This document shows, piece after piece, positions 26,059-31,997 of a stretch of DNA of 31,997 nucleotides (position 1 is the first letter of the stretch; every line of letters begins with the position of its first letter). Under the pieces are notes generated by a model that saw only the letters and a program-made list of their open reading frames with translations, ran no database searches and had not been told where the DNA came from. The position numbers were made by a program, and so were the translations under genes. The stretch is taken from IMG/VR virus record IMGVR_UViG_2061766007_000276, one strand, 5' to 3'. The DNA is from an uncultured virus (IMG/VR IMGVR_UViG_2061766007_000276). Lineage: Duplodnaviria; Heunggongvirae; Uroviricota; Caudoviricetes.

Positions 26059-27273
26059 ATGGGTGTAGGCCTTTACAAGCACCAAGTCGAGGCCGTGGAG
26101 AAGTTGAGGTCCGGCTCCGTCCTTTGCGGCGGGGTCGGATCCGGCAAATCCAGAACAGCGTTAGCCTTCTTCGTGAAGAAGGTGTGCTGCGGAAAGATAC
26201 CTCCTCCGAGAAGCACTGAATCCGTAATGGTAAAATATGAGGTGCCTCTCTACATCATAACCACGGCCGGAAAAAGGGACCGACTGGATTGGGAGAAGGA
26301 ATGCGCTCCTTTCTGCATCGCCACAGAAGGTCCTAGTCTAGTCCCATTGAAAGTGGACTCATGGAACAACATAGAGAAGTACGTCGATATCGAGAACGCG
26401 TTTTTCATTTTCGATGAGCAGCGGATAGTAGGCACTGGAAAATGGGCTAAGACTTTCGTGAAGATAGCCAAGAAGAACAGGTGGGTTCTTCTCAGTGCAA
26501 CGCCAGGAGACACATGGTTTGATTACTGGGCGATATTCGTAGCGAACGGATACTACAAAAACGTTACAGATTTCAGAAGGCAACACGTCGTTTACAGGAG
26601 AATGGCCAAATTCCCTCAGATAGAGAGATACGTGGACACTTGGAAGCTGGAAAAGTTAAGACATGATATTCTAGTGAACATGCCGTTCGAGAGAGAAGCG
26701 GTAAGGCATCACGAGTGGGTCAAAGTCGGATACGAATCGGATATCTACAACCTAGTTGCGAAGAAGAGATGGAACGTTTACGAGGAACGCCCTCTTGAGA
26801 ACATATCTGAAACTTGCTACACCATGCGAAAAGTAGTCAATTCCGATCCGAGAAGGTGCGTGGCCGTAATAGATATTCTTTCGAAAAGGCCTAGCGCAAT
26901 AATATTCTATAATTACAATTACGAATTGGCGATGCTTCGTGAGTGCATGGAAGAGAACGGAATAGAGTACTCCGAGTGGAACGGTCACAAGCATCAGGAT
27001 CTTCCGGATGGAAGGAAATGGGCTTACCTTGTCCAGTACACCGCTGGAGCAGAGGGATGGAATTGCATCACGACGGACACGGTCATATTCTTCTCCCAGA
27101 ATTACAGCTATAAGGTTATGGAGCAAGCTTGCGGGAGAATAGATCGTATGAACACACCCTACACGGATTTGTACTATTACCATATTTTCAGCGATGCTGG
27201 AATAGACAAAGCGATAAGAAATTGCATCAAGAAGAAGCGCGACTTCAACGAAAGAGCTTTTATCACCCACTAA
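26059..27273 (+). CDS. superfamily 2 DNA helicase
   Basis: Q motif LYKHQ, Walker A GSGKS, FDEQR, LSATP, EGWN and QACGRIDR. Confidence 0.85.
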   Translation: MGVGLYKHQVEAVEKLRSGSVLCGGVGSGKSRTALAFFVKKVCCGKIPPPRSTESVMVKYEVPLYIITTAGKRDRLDWEKECAPFCIATEGPSLVPLKVDSWNNIEKYVDIENAFFIFDEQRIVGTGKWAKTFVKIAKKNRWVLLSATPGDTWFDYWAIFVANGYYKNVTDFRRQHVVYRRMAKFPQIERYVDTWKLEKLRHDILVNMPFEREAVRHHEWVKVGYESDIYNLVAKKRWNVYEERPLENISETCYTMRKVVNSDPRRCVAVIDILSKRPSAIIFYNYNYELAMLRECMEENGIEYSEWNGHKHQDLPDGRKWAYLVQYTAGAEGWNCITTDTVIFFSQNYSYKVMEQACGRIDRMNTPYTDLYYYHIFSDAGIDKAIRNCIKKKRDFNERAFITH

Positions 27274-27279
27274 TTTTTT

Positions 27280-27307
27280 TCGCGATAAAATCACCCCCTT
27301 TAATGAG
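27280..27307 (+). promoter_or_regulatory. TCGCGA-W5-YC element, copy 5
   Basis: TCGCGATAAAATCACCCCCTTTAATGAG in the intergenic gap upstream of the nuclease/RNAP genes. Confidence 0.55.
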
Positions 27308-27338
27308 AGGGATAGGGTAACTCCCTCTCATTTTTTTA
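27303..27338 (+). terminator. rho-independent terminator-like hairpin
   Basis: Perfect 10-bp stem ATGAGAGGGA / TCCCTCTCAT followed by a T run. Confidence 0.7.
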
Positions 27339-27353
27339 TTTCCAGGAGGGGTT

Positions 27354-27671
27354 ATGAGAGAAGGAGAGTATCAAAGTCTTCTGAAGAAGCGAATACAGGA
27401 AGCTATTCCGGGATGCATGGTCTTGAAAAACGACTCTTCTTGGTTGCAAGGAGTCCCGGATCTGACAGTCTTGTATGAGGACAAGTGGGCATCGTTAGAA
27501 GTAAAACGCTCGAAGAACGAAGCGCATCAGCCGAATCAGGATTACTACGTCGAAACCATGTCTAACATGAGCTACTCGGCGTTCATATATCCTGAAAACG
27601 AAAAGGAGATACTAGATGAACTTCAACGAGCATTGGGGCATCGAGGGGAAGCATGCCTTTCTGAGTCCTAG
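27354..27671 (+). CDS. VRR-NUC domain nuclease (Holliday junction resolvase-like)
   Basis: E...Q...GVPDL...LEVK...QPNQ is the VRR-NUC PD-(D/E)XK pattern; AGGAGG RBS. Confidence 0.8.
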   Translation: MREGEYQSLLKKRIQEAIPGCMVLKNDSSWLQGVPDLTVLYEDKWASLEVKRSKNEAHQPNQDYYVETMSNMSYSAFIYPENEKEILDELQRALGHRGEACLSES

Positions 27672-28170
27672 CCAATACCACTGGCTCAACTACGACACCG
27701 AGAAGTTGGAAGAGAGATATTTCAACAGCAAGGCGGCCGAGCGTGGAACAAAACTTCACGAATATGCTGCCATGGCTATAAGTTTGGGGAGAAAGCAACC
27801 TAAGACAAAAGATACAATCAACATGTTCGTCAACGATGCTATCGGATATTCCATGGTGCCGGAGCAACCTCTTTACTATTCAGAGAATTGTTTCGGAACC
27901 GCCGACGCGATATCTTTCAACAAAAACCTCTTGCGAATACACGATCTCAAAACCGGAGTCACGCAAGCATCGATGCTTCAGTTGGAGATATATGCAGCAT
28001 TGTTCTGTTTGGAGTATTCCAAGGATCCGAAGCAAATAGACATATCCCTAAGGATATACCAGTCCAACGAGAAAGACGAGCTAATCCCCGAAAGTGAAGA
28101 AATAGCCAGAATAATGGATCAGATAGTGGAGTACGATATTCTGATAGAGAAGTTCAAGGAGAGCATCTGA
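27616..28170 (+). CDS. PD-(D/E)XK (Cas4/RecB-like, DUF2800-like) exonuclease
   Basis: HAFLSPS...A.RGT.LH...EQ...FGTADAI...IHDLKTG...QL.IYA; AAGGAG RBS. Confidence 0.8.
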   Translation: MNFNEHWGIEGKHAFLSPSQYHWLNYDTEKLEERYFNSKAAERGTKLHEYAAMAISLGRKQPKTKDTINMFVNDAIGYSMVPEQPLYYSENCFGTADAISFNKNLLRIHDLKTGVTQASMLQLEIYAALFCLEYSKDPKQIDISLRIYQSNEKDELIPESEEIARIMDQIVEYDILIEKFKESI

Positions 28171-30812
28171 TGGAAGACGTCTTGGTCCATTATGGAACGC
28201 CCAGGCATTCTGGGAGATATCCTTGGGGATCCGGAGAAAATCCCTACCAACATGGAGGAGATTTCTACAACAGCGTCAACAAGCTGAGAAAAGACGGCAT
28301 GAACGACACCGATATTGCTAAAGTGTTCGACATGTCCACCACAGAATTCCGGAAGCAATACAGCATCGCCAAAGATGAGGTGAAGACGGAGAGAAGAGCC
28401 GCCAACGCTCAGCTGATGGAGCAAGGCTTGAACCGATCGGAAAGAGCCAGACGGCTAGACGTCAGCGAATCGACCCTTAGATCTTGGGAAAACGAAGATT
28501 CCATAAAGAGGGCCGAGGTTACCAACGCTACAGTAGACGTGTTGAAAAAGAACGTTGACGAAAAGAAATATATCGACGTTGGAGAAGGCGTTGCCAGTTC
28601 TCTAGGGATCACAGAGAACCGATTAGGGACAGCAGTTCAATCGTTAGTCAACGAAGGATATGAAGTACACAACATCTACGTGGATCAAGTGGCAAATCCT
28701 AAGCAGAAAACAACCGTTCAAGTTTTGTGCAAACCTGGAACGACCAAGAACGAATTATACGAGCATTCTAGTGAAATCGGTTTGATAAACGAGAAGTTCG
28801 ACGATGCCCACGGATTGACGACTAGAGGAATGAAGCCTCCTCAGTCGATATCCTCCAAAAAGGTGCAAGTCGTGTACGCAGAGGATGGAGGAACTTCCAA
28901 AGATGGCCTTATAGAGCTTAGACGTGGAGCGAAAGGCTTAGATCTTGGAAATGCCAATTACGCTCAGGTTAGAATCGCAGTGGATGGAACCCACTATCTC
29001 AAAGGCATGGCCGTATATTCCGACGACTTACCAAAGGGTGTCGACATAAGGTTCAACACCAACAAATCGAACAGCGGCTCCAAACTTGACGCGATGAAGG
29101 AAATGAAAAAGGATCCTAACAATCCGTTTGGAAGCACCATAAAGGACCAAAAGGGATATTTGAACATAGTGCAGGAACAAGGCCAATGGCAAGAATGGTC
29201 TAAAACGCTATCGTCTCAGTTCCTATCCAAGCAATCGGTTGTTTTAGCAAAACAACAACTTTCATTTTCCAAACAGCAAAGGGAGGCAGAGCTCAAAGAA
29301 ATAATGAGCTTGTCCAATCCTACGGTAAAAAAGCACGAATTGGAAGAATTCGCTGAGAAATGCGACACCGCCGCAGTTCATTTGAAAGCGGCTTCCATGC
29401 CTGGGCAATCGAACAGCGTCATATTACCAATAAACTCGTTAAAGCCGACAGAAGTATACGCTCCGAACTATCCTAACGGAACAGAGGTCGTTCTTGTAAG
29501 GCATCCTCACGGAGGAACTTTCGAACTTCCTCAGCTGAAAGTTAACAACAGGAACGCCGAAGCCAAAAAAGTCATAGGCGTGTCAAACGACGCCATAGGA
29601 ATCCATCATTCCGTAGCCCAGCAATTATCTGGGGCGGACTTCGATGGCGACACGGTCGTCGTCATACCGAACAATTCTAAGAAGGTCAAGACCAGATCCC
29701 CATTGAAGCAGCTTCAGGAGTTCGATCCGAAAATATACAAGTTTCCGGAAGGAACGCCAGACTCCAAAATCATAAAGCCAAATATGAAGCAGCGAGAAAT
29801 GGGCGTGGCTTCCAATCTCATCACAGACATGACATTGCAAGGCGCTCCAGACGAAGATTTAATAAGAGCCGTCAAGTATTCCATGGTCGTTATCGATTCC
29901 GAGAAACACAAACTCGATTACAAGCAAGCTCGAGAAGACTACAACATAAAAGAGCTGAAGCGAAAGTATCAGCAAAAGCCAAGCGAAGACGGAAAAGAGC
30001 GTTTTGGAGGAGCTTCCACTCTCATATCCAGAGCCAAATCCGAAGTTAGGGTTCCGGAACGTCGCCAAGTAGTGAAAATAGATCCGAACACAGGCGAAAA
30101 GATATTCTATCCTACGAACAGAGGATACACCAACAAAAAGGGCGTTTTCGTACCTTCTACAGACAAGTCGTCGCAGATGCGAGAAGCCAAAGATGCTATG
30201 AAGTTGGTGTCTAGCGCCAACAATGGCAGCGGAACAGCCATGGAAAGAGTGTACGCTCAATACGCAAACAGTATGAAAGCTATGGCGAATCAGGCTAGAA
30301 AAGCCTCTGTTCATGTGGAGGAGCCATCTAAGAACCCGGAAATGGCCCGAAAATATGAAAACGAAGTTGCGTCCTTAAAAGCCAAACTCGTCTCAGCAAA
30401 GGCTTGGTCGCCTAAAGAGAGAAATGCCCAACTTTATGCGAATTGGGCGTATAAACAAGCTCTTGCGGAAAATCCGGATATGACCGACGACGATAAGAAA
30501 AAAGTTCGTCAGCAAGCCCTTGTTACTGGACGAGCTAGACTCGGAGGATCTAAGCCTACCGTAACGTTCACAGACAAAGAGTGGGAAGCCGTTCAAGCGA
30601 ACGCTATATCCAAAACCACTTTAAAAGAGCTTCTTAGATATGCAGACTCCGACAAAGTAAAGGAAAGAGCTCTTCCAAAGGCTAAAACAGTAATGACGAC
30701 CTCTAAAATAGCAATAGCCAGATCTCGTCTAAGCGCAGGCTATTCGTATCGGGAAGTTGCCGAGATGCTAGGCGTTTCCGTGAGCACGTTGCAATCGGCA
30801 ATGAACAAATAA
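28170..30812 (+). CDS. putative single-subunit two-barrel (double-psi beta-barrel) RNA polymerase with N- and C-terminal HTH domains
   Basis: GADFDGD (aa 488-494, nt 29631-29651), upstream RHP (aa 444-446), KDGLIEL and QVRI...LKGMA motifs; HTH-like ERARRLDVSESTLRSW and YREVAEMLGVSVSTL; N-terminal LVHYGTPRHSGRYPWGSG leader. Confidence 0.75.
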   Translation: MEDVLVHYGTPRHSGRYPWGSGENPYQHGGDFYNSVNKLRKDGMNDTDIAKVFDMSTTEFRKQYSIAKDEVKTERRAANAQLMEQGLNRSERARRLDVSESTLRSWENEDSIKRAEVTNATVDVLKKNVDEKKYIDVGEGVASSLGITENRLGTAVQSLVNEGYEVHNIYVDQVANPKQKTTVQVLCKPGTTKNELYEHSSEIGLINEKFDDAHGLTTRGMKPPQSISSKKVQVVYAEDGGTSKDGLIELRRGAKGLDLGNANYAQVRIAVDGTHYLKGMAVYSDDLPKGVDIRFNTNKSNSGSKLDAMKEMKKDPNNPFGSTIKDQKGYLNIVQEQGQWQEWSKTLSSQFLSKQSVVLAKQQLSFSKQQREAELKEIMSLSNPTVKKHELEEFAEKCDTAAVHLKAASMPGQSNSVILPINSLKPTEVYAPNYPNGTEVVLVRHPHGGTFELPQLKVNNRNAEAKKVIGVSNDAIGIHHSVAQQLSGADFDGDTVVVIPNNSKKVKTRSPLKQLQEFDPKIYKFPEGTPDSKIIKPNMKQREMGVASNLITDMTLQGAPDEDLIRAVKYSMVVIDSEKHKLDYKQAREDYNIKELKRKYQQKPSEDGKERFGGASTLISRAKSEVRVPERRQVVKIDPNTGEKIFYPTNRGYTNKKGVFVPSTDKSSQMREAKDAMKLVSSANNGSGTAMERVYAQYANSMKAMANQARKASVHVEEPSKNPEMARKYENEVASLKAKLVSAKAWSPKERNAQLYANWAYKQALAENPDMTDDDKKKVRQQALVTGRARLGGSKPTVTFTDKEWEAVQANAISKTTLKELLRYADSDKVKERALPKAKTVMTTSKIAIARSRLSAGYSYREVAEMLGVSVSTLQSAMNK

Positions 30813-30827
30813 TGTATAAGACTAAGG

Positions 30828-30878
30828 AAGTTCCGGCTCATATTCCGAAGAAATAAATTCGGAAGAGTCGGAACTTTC
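30828..30878 (+). terminator. long hairpin after the polymerase gene (terminator or structured RNA)
   Basis: Outer stem AAGTTCCGGCTC / GAGTCGGAACTT and inner stem TTCCGAA / TTCGGAA; short T tail. Confidence 0.55.
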
Positions 30879-31030
30879 AATCACAACAATCAGCATAATC
30901 CATAAGGTTTAAATTTACACCATATCCGTACCCCCACCCCCTACACAACACCCAAACCCCTTCGAAAAGAGAGGCGCCTTTTTGTAATAGGACGTTAAAA
31001 GACTCCTTTGCTATTACGGGTCGCGTCTAA

Positions 31031-31080
31031 TTCTATATTTGAAAAATAAGAAAATATGGTTTCTATATTTCAAAAAATAA
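31031..31080. repeat. AT-rich direct repeat TTCTATATTT(G/C)AAAAA with 30-bp spacing
   Basis: Copies start at 31031 and 31061 in the long noncoding region. Confidence 0.55.
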
Positions 31081-31646
31081 ATGAGGCGCTCTTATTCNNN
31101 NNNNNNNNNNNNNNNNNNNNNNNNNNNNNNNNNNNNNNNNNNNNNNNNNNNNNNNNNNNNNNNNNNNNNNNNNNNNNNNNNNNNNNNNNNNNNNNNNNNN
31201 NNNNNNNNNNNNNNNNNNNNNNNNNNNNNNNNNNNNNNNNNNNNNNNNNNNNNNNNNNNNNNNNNNNNNNNNNNNNNNNNNNNNNNNNNNNNNNNNNNNN
31301 NNNNNNNNNNNNNNNNNNNNNNNNNNNNNNNNNNNNNNNNNNNNNNNNNNNNNNNNNNNNNNNNNNNNNNNNNNNNNNNNNNNNNNNNNNNNNNNNNNNN
31401 NNNNNNNNNNNNNNNNNNNNNNNNNNNNNNNNNNNNNNNNNNNNNNNNNNNNNNNNNNNNNNNNNNNNNNNNNNNNNNNNNNNNNNNNNNNNNNNNNNNN
31501 NNNNNNNNNNNNNNNNNNNNNNNNNNNNNNNNNNNNNNNNNNNNNNNNNNNNNNNNNNNNNNNNNNNNNNNNNNNNNNNNNNNNNNNNNNNNNNNNNNNN
31601 NNNNNNNNNNNNNNNNNNNNNNNNNNNNNNNNNGGTAAGAACAATC

Positions 31647-31889
31647 ATGGCAATGTCAATGCTATCCACCATAGACAATCCCTATAACCCCTTCACTGAG
31701 TTTGATAAGTGGTACAATTACGACACAATAAAAGGTTACAATTGCTGTTCTTACTTATCTAAAATTGCAAGAACTGCCGACAGCTTGCCGGAAAGTTTCA
31801 ACCAAGCTGAAATAGAACGTGCTATAGACGAAATTGTTGAAATCAACATAAATGGAATGTATTGTAAAGTGATGGCCGAAGCAGAATAG
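31647..31889 (+). CDS. small conserved phage protein
   Basis: MLSTIDNPYNPFTEFDKWYNYD..KGYN.CSYL..IA...E.AIDEI; ATG 31647 follows the N gap. Confidence 0.7.
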   Translation: MAMSMLSTIDNPYNPFTEFDKWYNYDTIKGYNCCSYLSKIARTADSLPESFNQAEIERAIDEIVEININGMYCKVMAEAE

Positions 31890-31997
31890 GTTTAATTAGG
31901 GCTGATTTAAACGTATTTTAACGTTATAACCACCCCTATAAACCTTATTAACAACCTAGGGAGGGGGTCCCGCGAAAATACCCCCCACCATGCATAA

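Noticed and set aside
27616..28170. Cas4-like nuclease as evidence for a CRISPR system
   Set aside because: No repeat-spacer array or other cas genes are visible. Such nucleases are routine in phage recombination modules.

Overview
This is a 32-kb stretch of a dsDNA tailed-phage genome. All credible genes are on the + strand. There are no capsid, tail, lysis or integrase genes, and several N gaps break reading frames. Positions 1-21.4 kb hold about 55 small, tightly packed accessory genes, many of them paralogues of each other. They include an RNA polymerase alpha-CTD-like protein, an ABC-type ATPase, a 2H-phosphoesterase mosaic protein, a secreted 3D-domain protein, DUF3310, MazG-like proteins, HTH proteins, an Acb2/Tad1-like hairpin protein and two DUF6353-like paralogues. 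Positions 21.7-28.2 kb hold a replication module: a single-ORF fusion of SF3 helicase, primase, 3'-5' exonuclease and family-B polymerase, then SSB, SF2 helicase, VRR-NUC and a PD-(D/E)XK nuclease. Positions 28.2-30.8 kb encode an 880-aa HTH-flanked protein with the motifs of a single-subunit two-barrel RNA polymerase (DG, QxR...KG, RxP, GADFDGD). Two unexplained DNA signals stand out. One is a conserved TCGCGA-W5-YC element at gene boundaries, which forms promoter/gene/terminator cassettes, some of them empty. The other is a strand-specific heptamer, GGATATT, with about 60 copies by hand count in all three reading frames. Together with the polymerase these suggest a self-contained phage transcription system. 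Gene order and families resemble, from memory, Arthrobacter AU/AM and Streptomyces BI-type phages and their gut relatives; this was not verified by search.
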